A stretch of 63,410 bases of DNA, counting the filler, from an uncultured Methanosarcinales archaeon (GTDB lineage Archaea > Nanobdellota > Nanobdellia > Woesearchaeales > JACPBV01), in NCBI GenBank assembly GCA_964492935.1. It is 4 parts of 4 records of this genome, joined end to end, with 100 filler letters (N's around TTAATTAATTAA, not from the genome) between each part and the next. Parts side by side here need not be neighbours in the genome. Positions count along the whole stretch, not along the records: positions 1 to 19,179 come from CAZBLF010000024.1; 3 more parts are not named here. One strand, 5' to 3'. A program made the position numbers and the translations under genes. Within the stretch, counting starts at the first letter, position 1. Each line of letters starts with the position of its first letter. The notes beneath the pieces were generated by a model. It had not been told where the DNA came from and did not search any database. It saw only the letters and a program-made list of their open reading frames with translations. Positions 8,932-19,279 of this stretch are shown piece by piece.

Positions 8932-10185
8932 ATGATTGCGAAACTGCAGGAAAGACTCCAGGGAAAGACGAAAGAGGTACGGGAGTGGCTTTCGAGAGAG
9001 AGAGATTCGCTTAAGAAGCAAGGTTATCTTCTGCCTATTTATTCTTCCTTTGATGTGCGGGATGCAGGGTTTAAGGCTGCATCCATCGATGCAAACTGTT
9101 ATCCTTCCGGCTTTAACAATATTGGAGGGGTAGCAAAAGGGAAGGCTATCCAGGCTTTTAAGCAGTATATTGGCAAGCTGTATCGTGGCAAATCCCTTCT
9201 CTTGATTAGCGAACCATCAACACGTAATGCGTTCTATGTAAGTCATATTTGTGCATTGAAAACTTTGCTTACGAAGGCAGGGTTTCAGGTGACGGTCGGC
9301 ACTTTTTGGGAGGGTAGCGATGCTGCTCGCGAGGTTGAGGATGCAGGCGGCCATATGCTCTCAATTGAAAAAATTACTCGAAGTGGAGATACACTTAGGA
9401 CTCAGTCATTTTCTGATGGTTTTTTACTCTTAAACCATCCTTTTTTGACTGCTGATGATCCGGTGTTAATTGGGTTAGACCAGCCTCTTTATCCCTCTGC
9501 AGCGATTGGATGGGCTTTTCGAAAGAAGAGTGATCATTATCGGCTCTATGACACTCTTGTGGACTCTTTTGCAAAGCATATTGGTATTGACCCCTGGCTC
9601 TTGAAGACCGAATGGGATGTGGTGAGTGGGATCGATTACAGGAGTAATGATTCTTTGCAGCGCATTGCCGATGCTACTGATGCTTTGCTTAAACGCATCA
9701 CTCTACGTTACAAGAAGGCAGGTATCACTCAACAGAAGCCGTATGTTTTTATCAAGTCTAACTCTGGTGCTGAAGGGCGAAGTGTGTATTCCGTCTCTAG
9801 TGGAAAGGAGGTTCTTAACTTGAATAGCAGTACCCGAAGAAAATTGCGTTTTGGTAAATATCAATGGCCGGTTGAGGAAGTTGTTCTACAGGAAGGCCTT
9901 CAGACGATTTACAAGGTTGCATGTTTGCCTGCTGAACCCGTAGTGTATTGTGCAGGGGGCAAGGTTGTAGGGGGTTTTATGCGAGTTCATTCGAAGCAGG
10001 ATGATAAATCTAATCTGAATGTCCCCGGAATGCAGTTTAGTGGATTGTTGGAGAATAGTATAACAAAACCGCTCTTGGATCATGTTACTGATCAATCAGA
10101 TCTTTCGGTGTACGGGATTTTGGCAGCTATAGGGAATATAGCGATTGTTCAGGAGACCATTGCGATGGAACAGCAGTCTTCTTAA
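8932..10185 (+). CDS. gshA: Glutamate-cysteine ligase, GshA (Acidithiobacillus ferrooxidans-like, ATP-grasp-related type)
   Basis: PIYSSFDVRDAGFK..IDANCYPSGFNN, W..RKKS.H, PYVFIK, AEPVVY..VVGGF.R.H..NLN.PG. Confidence 0.8.
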   Translation: MIAKLQERLQGKTKEVREWLSRERDSLKKQGYLLPIYSSFDVRDAGFKAASIDANCYPSGFNNIGGVAKGKAIQAFKQYIGKLYRGKSLLLISEPSTRNAFYVSHICALKTLLTKAGFQVTVGTFWEGSDAAREVEDAGGHMLSIEKITRSGDTLRTQSFSDGFLLLNHPFLTADDPVLIGLDQPLYPSAAIGWAFRKKSDHYRLYDTLVDSFAKHIGIDPWLLKTEWDVVSGIDYRSNDSLQRIADATDALLKRITLRYKKAGITQQKPYVFIKSNSGAEGRSVYSVSSGKEVLNLNSSTRRKLRFGKYQWPVEEVVLQEGLQTIYKVACLPAEPVVYCAGGKVVGGFMRVHSKQDDKSNLNVPGMQFSGLLENSITKPLLDHVTDQSDLSVYGILAAIGNIAIVQETIAMEQQSS

Positions 10186-10263
10186 ATACAACCTTTCGAA
10201 CCTAGTTATTCAAATTCCGTAAGCTTTATAATCCAGGAGTTTTTGCTTATTTATGGGATTTCA

Positions 10264-11028
10264 ATGAGAACGATATCAGTTTTTTCTATCAAGGGCGGCG
10301 TAGGTAAAACTACAACTGCGGTTAATTTGGCTTCAGGACTTGCTCGAGCTGAAAAGAAGGTGTTGTTGATTGACTTAGACCCGCAGGGAAGTGTGGATCT
10401 GTCGTTACGGGTGAAGCCGGACTATACTATTTATGATTCGATGATGGACGAGCAGCCATTGCAGCAATGTATTGTTAATTTGGGTAAGAATTTGGATGTG
10501 ATTGCTGCTAAAGAGAGTTTATTGCAGGTTGAGCAGATTTTGGCTCAGAATATGGACGGCGATACTGCTTTGACCGATCGTATGAAGAAATTGACGGGAT
10601 ATGACTTTATTATTTTGGATTTGGCTCCTGCTTTGACGTTATTGACGAAGAATGCTTTGGCGTTTGCACAGGAGTTGGTGGTTCCGGTATCGACTGATTT
10701 CCTCGGTATTGAGACGTTGAAGAAGATGGAATCGGTCGTTAATTCGATTAATAATGAATATGGCCATAAATTGAAGATTACGAAGATTGTTCCTACGCTT
10801 TACGATAAAAGAAGTAATATTTGTAAGGATACTTTAGCTGAATTGCAGAATTTGTATTATGAGCGGGTGACGTATCCGATTCATTATACTGCCAAGGTTA
10901 AAGAGGCTCCTAAATTTGGTAAATCTATTTTTGCTCATGCGAAGGGGAGTAAGGGTGCCAAGGACTATGAGCGGTTGGTAGAAGATGTTATTGCGATGAA
11001 AGTTGCTCCGTTGGTTGCTCGGAAGTAG
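10264..11028 (+). CDS. ParA/Soj family ATPase
   Basis: Deviant Walker A KGGVGKTT, LIDLDPQG, EAP..GK. Confidence 0.9.
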   Translation: MRTISVFSIKGGVGKTTTAVNLASGLARAEKKVLLIDLDPQGSVDLSLRVKPDYTIYDSMMDEQPLQQCIVNLGKNLDVIAAKESLLQVEQILAQNMDGDTALTDRMKKLTGYDFIILDLAPALTLLTKNALAFAQELVVPVSTDFLGIETLKKMESVVNSINNEYGHKLKITKIVPTLYDKRSNICKDTLAELQNLYYERVTYPIHYTAKVKEAPKFGKSIFAHAKGSKGAKDYERLVEDVIAMKVAPLVARK

Positions 11029-11029
11029 T

Positions 11030-12178
11030 TTAGGCTGGGATTTTGGAGAGTTCTTTTGGAGGTTGTGATGTTTCTGGTTCTACTCCAATGGCTTTCATAA
11101 ATTCGGCGGGACTTTGCATCCAGAGGTCATACGCTCTTTGGACTCCATGTGTTTTTATCCATGGTACGCTCTTTGTTTTAACATGCTGGTATTTACTTCT
11201 TCTATCATATAGTGCATACGTTTCATCGGTTAACTCATGCATATTTCTGATGCCTAGTTTGACGCCTAACTCAGCTGCCAGTACTACTGATAACCCTTCT
11301 GAGAAAGTCTCTATTGCTGTAGTATAATCATATCCTGCCCCCACGAGCTCGAGGTAATTGTCTTCGAAGTCTTCCCCCATCCTGTGAGGAATAATTTCTG
11401 AGAATGGGGTGTGGATCAGAAATTGTGAAGCACCGAGTATCATGTTGCCGATTAGCGGTTTATGCGTCTTTGGATCATACTTAGTGAGATTTGCCCCCCC
11501 CGTGTCTTCCCGTACTCCAAATGCGCTAGCATTTGCATATACTGCTTCGTTCATTATCACCTCTAACGAAAATATGCCGTAGAATCCATCAACAACAAAG
11601 ATGTTGTCCTTTTTACGCGATTGGTATTTGCCATTTCTTGTGACTGGGATTATCGATAGGTCGGAATCGGGTAGTCCCTGGATTTTGCTATATAGAAACT
11701 CAATGGCTTGATCGATGTATTTTAGAGATTCGTCTTTCACCTTTGAAGAAAGGGGTAAGCCTCTATAGGATAGATACTTCCTGATTTCGTAGTCTTGTTC
11801 ACTGAACCCTGATTGAATCATGTGTTCTGTTACAACCTGATGCATTGTGCTTAATGGGTTATTCTCCTCTGCATTCATTCTCTGGAACGGGATAGAAGGA
11901 CCTAATAGGGGATACCTTTTTTCTGCATCCTCAGTTTGTAGATTTTCTATAAAATCGGCTTGGTGTGTCAGAAATGGCCATGGGTCGGGGGTCTTTGGCA
12001 TTAGCCAATATGCTAGCCCTCCTGCAGTGAGTAGGGATCCCGTTGCTGATAGTTTAAGGAATCTTCTTCGACTGGGACTTTCTTCTCGTTGAGGTACTTC
12101 ACTTGTTGATGGTTCTTGCAGAGGGACACTAGGAGCTTTCTCTCTCTTTCTTGGTTTTCTTCGTGTTTTTTTGCTCAT
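11030..12178 (-). CDS. Hypothetical membrane-anchored protein with twin-arginine-like motif
   Basis: Basic N-terminus, then SRRRFLKL followed by a hydrophobic helix. Confidence 0.65.
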   Translation of the reverse strand: MSKKTRRKPRKREKAPSVPLQEPSTSEVPQREESPSRRRFLKLSATGSLLTAGGLAYWLMPKTPDPWPFLTHQADFIENLQTEDAEKRYPLLGPSIPFQRMNAEENNPLSTMHQVVTEHMIQSGFSEQDYEIRKYLSYRGLPLSSKVKDESLKYIDQAIEFLYSKIQGLPDSDLSIIPVTRNGKYQSRKKDNIFVVDGFYGIFSLEVIMNEAVYANASAFGVREDTGGANLTKYDPKTHKPLIGNMILGASQFLIHTPFSEIIPHRMGEDFEDNYLELVGAGYDYTTAIETFSEGLSVVLAAELGVKLGIRNMHELTDETYALYDRRSKYQHVKTKSVPWIKTHGVQRAYDLWMQSPAEFMKAIGVEPETSQPPKELSKIPA

Positions 12179-12320
12179 TTTTGTCTTGGGACTTTCTGTA
12201 TCTGGTTCTGCTTTTGACTTTATAAATGTATGTTTATTTGCTACTGGAGAATGGTTAATGAGTAAGTTTTTGCTTTATCACAAACTATATAAAGTTCCTT
12301 TCTCGTAATTTAGTTTTATC

Positions 12321-13481
12321 ATGGTCAAATTTAAGGATTTTTTTGAGAAGATTTCTCCTAAGAAAGTACTTGCACAAATAAGCCCGATTTTAATTAATCC
12401 TACTTCGTCTGGGATACAGATTAATTTGTCTCGGAGATTCTTGATTTTTCAGTTGTTGGAGAAATTGACTCGTCGGATTGAGGACGATCCGTATCTGAAT
12501 TTCGTTAGTATTCTGAAGAATTATAAGGTGTTGGGAAGCATTATTACTGGGAATTTGCACGAGTTGCATCGGGATCGTAATACCTTGTATTTTAAGAATT
12601 TCTTTATCGATCGAGACTTGTACAAGATGGTGAAGCAGGATTTGGAATGGGTGTACAATAATTATGAGGAGTTGCGTGAGTCGTTGAAGTTGACGGTTAC
12701 TAAACGAGGAATTATTGTGTATGATAACCATCAGCAGAACCAGTTTAATGTGTTGTTGTTGACGATTCACTCTGGGACGTGGATTCGTCGAGATATTGAG
12801 GATAAGCTTGCTATTACGCGTGAAAAGCGGTTGTTGGATGAGGATATTGATACGCACAAGATTTATGGTCCTCTGGTTTTGGATAAAGGCGGGATTTGGA
12901 TAGACAATAAGGCTTCGCGTTTTGCTTGTGACTATAACAGAGGTCCGGATAGAAGAATTTATGCTAACAAGTCTGAACGGTGGATTAAACAGGTGTGGAA
13001 GGAGGAATTATCGATTGCGCAGCGGAATTGGTTGATAGAGGGATATGAGGAATTTTATTTTACGTTGGATAAGTTGATTGATGCGTATAAGTTTAACATT
13101 ATCTTTGATGGTCACTCGATGAAGGATGCTAAAGGTAGACCTCAAATGAGTTTTGGTACGAAATATATTCCTCCTTTTTACATGCCGGTTGTTCGTTCGA
13201 TGCAGCGGAAGTTGAATAATCTTGGATATAATCCTGTTTCGTTGAATGTTCCTTATTCAGGCGGATTTATTTTGCAGTGGTTATCGCAGAAATATCCTGC
13301 TGCCTTTACACTTTCGATGGAGGTTAACAAGTTGCTTTATATGACGAAGAACCGTAAGAGGACTAAGGTAACGCTTTTGGAGAAGATGTCCTCTAACATC
13401 TCTGCGATTTTCGATATTGATGATGAGGATGCGTTACAATCTGGATTTAAGTTGAATTTGAAAAGTACTTCTAAGATATAG
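12321..13481 (+). CDS. N-formylglutamate amidohydrolase-like zinc hydrolase with N-terminal extension
   Basis: TIHSG, DEDIDT, SRFACDYNR, IFDGHSM, NVPYSGG, MEVNK. Confidence 0.8.
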   Translation: MVKFKDFFEKISPKKVLAQISPILINPTSSGIQINLSRRFLIFQLLEKLTRRIEDDPYLNFVSILKNYKVLGSIITGNLHELHRDRNTLYFKNFFIDRDLYKMVKQDLEWVYNNYEELRESLKLTVTKRGIIVYDNHQQNQFNVLLLTIHSGTWIRRDIEDKLAITREKRLLDEDIDTHKIYGPLVLDKGGIWIDNKASRFACDYNRGPDRRIYANKSERWIKQVWKEELSIAQRNWLIEGYEEFYFTLDKLIDAYKFNIIFDGHSMKDAKGRPQMSFGTKYIPPFYMPVVRSMQRKLNNLGYNPVSLNVPYSGGFILQWLSQKYPAAFTLSMEVNKLLYMTKNRKRTKVTLLEKMSSNISAIFDIDDEDALQSGFKLNLKSTSKI

Positions 13482-13575
13482 GAGACATAAGAATTGGTGC
13501 TCGGTTGAACATTTCAGATTTGATTTATCTCCTCTATTAATAGTTTTCCATCGTCATAATACTTAAGTACGGGTA

Positions 13576-14481
13576 ATGAGTAGGGGAGGTATGTTTTCTG
13601 AAAAGAACCCTTTGATGCTTGTGGGTGTTGGAGGGGTTGCTGATATGTTGATCGATGTTCATCGGAAGGAACATTTAGCCAGCGGCGAACTACCCTTATT
13701 TCTTGTGGATAAAAATGAGATGAGCCGTCATCCGGATTATCCTTCAAGTGTTGTTGATATACTTGCCCCAGGAATTGAGATTCATAGTGAGAATTCTGAT
13801 TGGGAGCCTAATGAGCAGTCTCCCTTAGTAGATCTGTTACGAAAGGTGGATCCTGGAGGCATCATTTTCTATCCTTTTGCTCCGGTGGGCGATGAAAGTG
13901 TACGTTTGGATGAATATGGTAATGTTCATCCGGTGTACTACCATGAACATGCTACAGATTGGTATAATAGATCGTTACAACAGAACCCTCTTCTTACCTA
14001 TCAGATGCTCGAGGCGGTGAAGTATGTCTATGATACACAGAATGAGGGCGAGCGCAAAGACCTTCACTTTATGCAGGTGAGTTCTGGATCTTTTCATCAG
14101 GCTGGGCCGTATGCTCTCTCAAAAAGAGAACAGGTTGCGTTGACAGAGGGTGCATGCTATAGATACCATCGTGATCATCCGAATTTACATATTTTTGGGA
14201 AAGTTGTTGAGTATTGGAGACCCTTGCCTGTAGTCGAGTGGGATAAACTAGAGAGTGCGGGGAAAGGGCAGACTCAGTTTACTCATGCTGATGATGTGGG
14301 GAGATTTACGTTGGCTTTTATGAAGGGGAGCAATGAGCTTGTGTATGATGAGAATGATCCCCATGTTGCTTTTGCGACTTATGCTCTTACAGCAAATGAT
14401 CCTTCGCTTCCTTTCTTTTCTAGAGTAGGTAAGGAAAAGTTTGGTGCACCCAACCATAGGTTTACACGATATGAAGTGTAG
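13576..14481 (+). CDS. Divergent SDR/NAD-dependent epimerase-like protein
   Basis: Gly-rich VGVGGVA, QVSSG, YxxxK (PYALSK), FTHADDV. Confidence 0.5.
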   Translation: MSRGGMFSEKNPLMLVGVGGVADMLIDVHRKEHLASGELPLFLVDKNEMSRHPDYPSSVVDILAPGIEIHSENSDWEPNEQSPLVDLLRKVDPGGIIFYPFAPVGDESVRLDEYGNVHPVYYHEHATDWYNRSLQQNPLLTYQMLEAVKYVYDTQNEGERKDLHFMQVSSGSFHQAGPYALSKREQVALTEGACYRYHRDHPNLHIFGKVVEYWRPLPVVEWDKLESAGKGQTQFTHADDVGRFTLAFMKGSNELVYDENDPHVAFATYALTANDPSLPFFSRVGKEKFGAPNHRFTRYEV

Positions 14482-14515
14482 GAACTCTTAAAAGGAGTGA
14501 GTACTTTTTGTAGGT

Positions 14516-14767
14516 ATGGCCACTTTAAATTCACTTTCTAATGATGTTGAGGCTATTAAAAAGCGTAATTTACAGGTTGAGAAGGATAAGGCGTGGGAGA
14601 CTTCTTTTGCTCGTAAAGGTGTTGTCTTTGGGCTGACGTATGTTTTTATTGTGGTGTTTATGTTGGTGAATGGATTGCCTAAGCCGTATGTGAATTCTTT
14701 GATTCCTGCATTAGCTTTTGTGCTTTCTACGTTAACTTTGAGTTGGGCGAAGAAGTTTTATTCTTAG
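14516..14767 (+). CDS. Small membrane protein
   Basis: 83 aa with two hydrophobic segments. Confidence 0.65.
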   Translation: MATLNSLSNDVEAIKKRNLQVEKDKAWETSFARKGVVFGLTYVFIVVFMLVNGLPKPYVNSLIPALAFVLSTLTLSWAKKFYS

Positions 14768-15519
14768 TATCTTACTTTCCAACCGATCTTCATGAGGTAT
14801 ACTACTACTGCTACGGTTGTTGCGGTTAGGATGAAGGTGACTGCCATTCCGATTCCTAAGGGGCCGTCAGTTACTCCTAATAAGCCATATCTGAAGCCAT
14901 CTACGAAATAGAAGACGGGGTTTAGGAGTGTTATTTTCTGGAACCAAATGGGGAGATCTTTGATGCTGTAGAAGACGCCGCCTAACATGGTTAGGGGTGT
15001 TAGAAAGAAGGTGGTGACTACACCGAGATGTTCGAAGGTTTCTGCTTTTAATGCAAGGATGATACCGATTGAGCCGAAGAGCATGCAGGCTAGGATGAAG
15101 TAGTAGAGGAGTGCCCAGAGATGTGCTACTGAGGGGACTACAAAGAGCAGTGTTACTAGGAAAATTCCGATTGATACTAGAAGACTTCTTAGGGTTGCGC
15201 CTACGAGATAGGCTGAGACGAGTTCTAGGTAGCTTGTGGGAGTGGTTAAGATTAATTGAATCTGTTTGGTCCACTTTGACAGGAATAATGAAAATGAGGT
15301 CGAGGTGAATGATGAATTGATGACGGCCATCATGATTAATCCAGGAACGAGGAATTCTGTGAAGGGAGCTCCGATGGTTGATTTGTCTTTAAGCACGAAA
15401 TTGAAGATGGTTAGGAAGAGAAGTGATGAAATGATTGGAGGAAAGAGTGATTGGGAAAGGGTGGTGTACAATCTATAGAGTTCGCGTTTTACTATATATG
15501 CAAAGCTGGTTCTACTCAT
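14764..15519 (-). CDS. ABC-2 type transporter permease
   Basis: FLVPGLIMM, PLTMLGGVFY, NPVFYFVDGFRY; about six TM helices. Confidence 0.9.
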   Translation of the reverse strand: MSRTSFAYIVKRELYRLYTTLSQSLFPPIISSLLFLTIFNFVLKDKSTIGAPFTEFLVPGLIMMAVINSSFTSTSFSLFLSKWTKQIQLILTTPTSYLELVSAYLVGATLRSLLVSIGIFLVTLLFVVPSVAHLWALLYYFILACMLFGSIGIILALKAETFEHLGVVTTFFLTPLTMLGGVFYSIKDLPIWFQKITLLNPVFYFVDGFRYGLLGVTDGPLGIGMAVTFILTATTVAVVVYLMKIGWKVRY

Positions 15520-16420
15520 TTTTGGTGATTCTCAGGAATACTTTTTCTAGTGATTCGTTTTTGATGTCGATTTCTTCTATTTTGATTCCTGCCTTTTCTA
15601 TGGTTTTGATGATGTCGTTTGCTTTTTTTCGGATGTCTTTTCCTACTACCAAAGTTGTGGTGTTGTCGTGAATCATTTTGCAGGCTTCTACTTTAATGAG
15701 GTCCTTGGGAACGGGTTTGTTTGATTTTATTTTGAGTTCCTGATTGGAGAGGTCTTGCATGATGGTTTCTTTTTTGTCCATCGCTAGGATTTTTCCTTCA
15801 TTCACGATGCAGATGGTGTTGCAGAGTTGCTCGACTTCTTCGATATAGTGAGAGGTTAGCATGATTGTTTTGCCTTCTTTGTTGATTCTCTTCATCAATT
15901 TCCAGAAGTCTTGTCTTAGCTCTACGTCCATGGCTGCTGTTGGTTCGTCTAAAATTAAGATTTTTGGATCGTGGACTAGGGATCTTGCTAATAGTAATCT
16001 TCGTTTCATTCCTCCAGATAGTGCTCGTGTGTTCTTTTTTCTGTGTTTTTCTAGACCGAAGTCTTTGAGCATTAATTCTACTCTTTCTTTTATTTTCTCT
16101 CTTTTTAGTCCGTAGTAGCCCGCGGTGAAGTGTAATGCTTGCTCTACGTTGAGGAATGGGTCGAGATTTTCTTCCTGTGGCGAGAATCCTATTAATTTTC
16201 GTGCTTCGATGTAGTCTTTTACATTATCATTTCCGAAAATGTTTATTGATCCTTCGAATTTTAATAATCCCATGATGCATTGTATTGTTGTTGTCTTGCC
16301 GGCACCATTCGGTCCAATGAATCCGAAGAAATCTCCCTCTTGGATGTAGAAGTCCATGTCTTTGACTGCTTGTTCATCCTTGTAGTCCTTCTTCAGGTTC
16401 TTGATTTCGATTGCTTGCAT
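15512..16420 (-). CDS. ABC transporter ATP-binding protein
   Basis: GPNGAGKTT, LSGGMKRR, LILDEPT. Confidence 0.93.
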   Translation of the reverse strand: MQAIEIKNLKKDYKDEQAVKDMDFYIQEGDFFGFIGPNGAGKTTTIQCIMGLLKFEGSINIFGNDNVKDYIEARKLIGFSPQEENLDPFLNVEQALHFTAGYYGLKREKIKERVELMLKDFGLEKHRKKNTRALSGGMKRRLLLARSLVHDPKILILDEPTAAMDVELRQDFWKLMKRINKEGKTIMLTSHYIEEVEQLCNTICIVNEGKILAMDKKETIMQDLSNQELKIKSNKPVPKDLIKVEACKMIHDNTTTLVVGKDIRKKANDIIKTIEKAGIKIEEIDIKNESLEKVFLRITKNE

Positions 16421-16465
16421 TCGTTTAGAAATCTGGAGGTTGGTTTTAAAGGTTGTTGTTGAGGA

Positions 16466-17788
16466 TTATTCGATTAGTGTATTGACTTCTTCTAGAATTT
16501 GATTTAGTGTTTCTTCGTTGTTGCTGTCTACGATGATTCTTAGTAAGTTATTCTCTGTTTTGGATGCTCTGGCCCAGAGGAAGGTGTGGTCGTCGATGTG
16601 GATTTTTAATCCTCCACTGAGGTCTCCGGTTTCTTTTACTGGATGGGACTTCCAATGATCTTTGAGTTTGTCTTTTACCTGGATGGGATGTTCGGTTTTG
16701 ATTTTCTTTTGGATTGTGAAATATGGTGGAAGTTTTTTTATGAGGTCTTCCAGCGTGGTGTTGTTTTTCGCTAGAATTTCTATTACTTTTAATAGCGTGG
16801 TTATTCCGTCTCTACTAGTTGCAGGAGGTAGGATGATTCCACCGTTGCTGCCCTCTCCCCCTAAGATTGCTTGATGTTCTTTCATGGCTTCTACTACATT
16901 TATTTCTCCTACCTCCACTTCAACGAGATGTGCTTTGTGTTTATGGGTGATTTCTCTCACTACTTGCGAGGTTGCGTCGTTGGTGATGATGGTTGCCTGT
17001 TCAGTTAACATATCGTCCGCGATGATCGCAAGGATGTGGTTTCCGTTGGCCAGGGTGCCGTCTTTTAGTAGCATTTCAACACGATCTGCATCGCAGTCTA
17101 GGCCGGCTAGGAAATGATTGTTTTGGATGTGCTCTTGTAGTGGCTCTAGCGATTCTTTATTGGGTTCGATGGCTCGTTTGAATTGTCCTTCTTCATCATT
17201 AATGAAATTGAAGCAGGTTAATTCGAAGTGTTGCGCGATTTCTTTGAGATGTGTGGCGCAGCCGCCGTTGGGATCTATGAGGATGGTGCCTTGGAAGGAT
17301 CTGATGGTTTCTAGGTTGAGATGGTCTTGGATGTGGGAGATGTAGGCAGTTAGGGCAGCTTCGTGTTCGTCTTGTAGATTTGCTTTGATTTCTTTTGGTT
17401 CTTGTTGTTGTGCTAATTCTATTAATTGTTTCATGTCGTTTGGATGTAGTAAGGAGCCTTCATTTGAAAGGAATTTGAAACCGTTGAATTCTGGTTCGTT
17501 GTGTGAGGCGGTAATCATGATACCTGCATCTGCGTTGAAGTTTTTTACAGCTGCTTGCGCTGCGGCTACGGGTAGGGTGCCGATGTCGATGATGTTCGGT
17601 AGGATGGTTGCGAATGCTGCTTTTATTTCGTTGCTTGATTCTCTGGGATCCGTGCTGATGACTACTTGTGGATTGGGATTGATTTGTTTTAGGAGTGCTA
17701 AGAAGGCAGAGGCGTATTTTTTGGTTATCTCTAGGGTAAGGTCTTTATTGTAGACGCCTCTAATACCGGAAAATGATTCGATGAGCAT
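16466..17788 (-). CDS. Phosphomannomutase/phosphoglucomutase family protein
   Basis: ITASHN, DCDADR, GGEGSNGG, RASKTE. Confidence 0.9.
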   Translation of the reverse strand: MLIESFSGIRGVYNKDLTLEITKKYASAFLALLKQINPNPQVVISTDPRESSNEIKAAFATILPNIIDIGTLPVAAAQAAVKNFNADAGIMITASHNEPEFNGFKFLSNEGSLLHPNDMKQLIELAQQQEPKEIKANLQDEHEAALTAYISHIQDHLNLETIRSFQGTILIDPNGGCATHLKEIAQHFELTCFNFINDEEGQFKRAIEPNKESLEPLQEHIQNNHFLAGLDCDADRVEMLLKDGTLANGNHILAIIADDMLTEQATIITNDATSQVVREITHKHKAHLVEVEVGEINVVEAMKEHQAILGGEGSNGGIILPPATSRDGITTLLKVIEILAKNNTTLEDLIKKLPPYFTIQKKIKTEHPIQVKDKLKDHWKSHPVKETGDLSGGLKIHIDDHTFLWARASKTENNLLRIIVDSNNEETLNQILEEVNTLIE

Positions 17789-17863
17789 GGGTTGATGGAT
17801 GTGTGTCTTTTTTTAAAGGTTACTTAGAAAAGCTTTATATATCTGGATTCTGAATATGCTGTT

Positions 17864-18634
17864 ATGGCTGAACAGCAGCAGATGTCTCAGGAACAGATGG
17901 ATGAGATGCAGGAGAAGATTAAGAACATGTCTCCTGAGGAATTACGGGAGTTTCAGAAACAGCAGTGTATCTTTTGTCATATTATTTCTGGTAAGGTGCA
18001 AAGTAAGAAGATTTATGAGGATGACAAGGTATTGGCTATTTTGGATATTAATCCTGCTAATCCTGGGCATGTTTTGGTGTTGCCGAAAGAGCACTATGCG
18101 ATTATGCCGCAGCTTTCTAGTGAGGAGATTTCTAACGTGTTTATGATTGTGAAAACGATTTCGAATGCTTGTTTGCGTTCTCTGGGTGTGCAGGGGACTA
18201 ATATTATTGTTCAGAATGGGGTTGCTGCTGGACAGAAGGCGCAGCACTTCATGGTGCATGTTATTCCACGCCAGGAAGGTGATGGATTGGTGTTTGACGT
18301 TCCTCAGAAGCAGATGAAAGAGGAAGAGTTAGAGGTTGTACGCAAGAAATTAGCTGCACATTTGGGTCAGAAAAATGAGGTTCCTGGATTGCAGCCGGTT
18401 CAGAAGGCTCCTGTAGCGGAGAGGCAGGCTGCTGAGACTGAGGAGCCAGATATTGAGGAGCCGCCGGAAATTGAGATTGATCATGAAAGAGAGATTCCTA
18501 GTCAGCCGGTTGAGGAAGCTGATGATGAGCCAGAGGAAGAGGAACCTGATGATTCTAATGAGCAAGACGAATCTGATGATAACGAGGAAGGGGTAGACCT
18601 TGACGATATATCAAGGATGTTAGGCAATGGATGA
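17864..18634 (+). CDS. HIT-family protein with degenerate triad (HFMVH) and acidic tail
   Basis: CIFC, LDINPANPGHVLVLPKEH, NG..AGQ..HFMVHVIPR. Confidence 0.85.
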   Translation: MAEQQQMSQEQMDEMQEKIKNMSPEELREFQKQQCIFCHIISGKVQSKKIYEDDKVLAILDINPANPGHVLVLPKEHYAIMPQLSSEEISNVFMIVKTISNACLRSLGVQGTNIIVQNGVAAGQKAQHFMVHVIPRQEGDGLVFDVPQKQMKEEELEVVRKKLAAHLGQKNEVPGLQPVQKAPVAERQAAETEEPDIEEPPEIEIDHEREIPSQPVEEADDEPEEEEPDDSNEQDESDDNEEGVDLDDISRMLGNG

Positions 18635-19179
18635 ACCGCAATGTGTTTTGTGTGAAATCATCTCTGGCAGAGTTCCAGCTCACTCTATCTATGAGGATGA
18701 TGATGTTCTGGCTATTTTGGATTTGAATGGTGCAGCTCCAGGTCATGTGTTTATCATTCCTAAGCAGCATATTCCTATTTTGGAGCAGGTTCCGAATCAT
18801 CTGGTGGGAAAGATGTTTAATGTTGCAAACAACATTAGTTCTGCTATTTTTGATACGCTAAAAGTGCAAGGAACGAACATCTTCATGACGAATGGTGTTT
18901 CAGCTGGTCAGAAGGTTGCTCACGCGATGGTGCAAGTTATTCCTAGGGCTGAAGGCGATGGCATTCAGTTGGAATGGCCGCCAAAACAGTTGGATGAAGA
19001 GGAAATGTCAACTATTGAATTGAAGCTTAAAGAGGAAGTAGGTAAGATTGGTTTTGGTTCAGGTGGAGGTTCGAGTACTCCTGCTGTGGCTGCTGAAGTA
19101 GCAGCTCCTGTTTCGAGTCCTGATTCTGAGATTGAGGGTGAAGATAATTATTTGTTGAAGCAGTTAGAGAGGATACCTT
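18627..19179 (+). CDS. Second HIT-family protein with degenerate triad (HAMVQ); ends at contig gap
   Basis: CVLC, PGHVFIIPKQH, AGQKVAHAMVQVIPR. Confidence 0.85.
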
Positions 19180-19279
19180 NNNNNNNNNNNNNNNNNNNNN
19201 NNNNNNNNNNNNNNNNNNNNNNNTTAATTAATTAANNNNNNNNNNNNNNNNNNNNNNNNNNNNNNNNNNNNNNNNNNNN
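19180..19279. other. Artificial contig linker
   Basis: N run containing TTAATTAATTAA (stops in all six frames). Confidence 0.97.

Noticed and set aside
19224..19235. TTAATTAATTAA palindrome occurring three times (also 38498 and 57635)
   Set aside because: It is centred in 100 nt N blocks and is an artificial linker, not a biological repeat.
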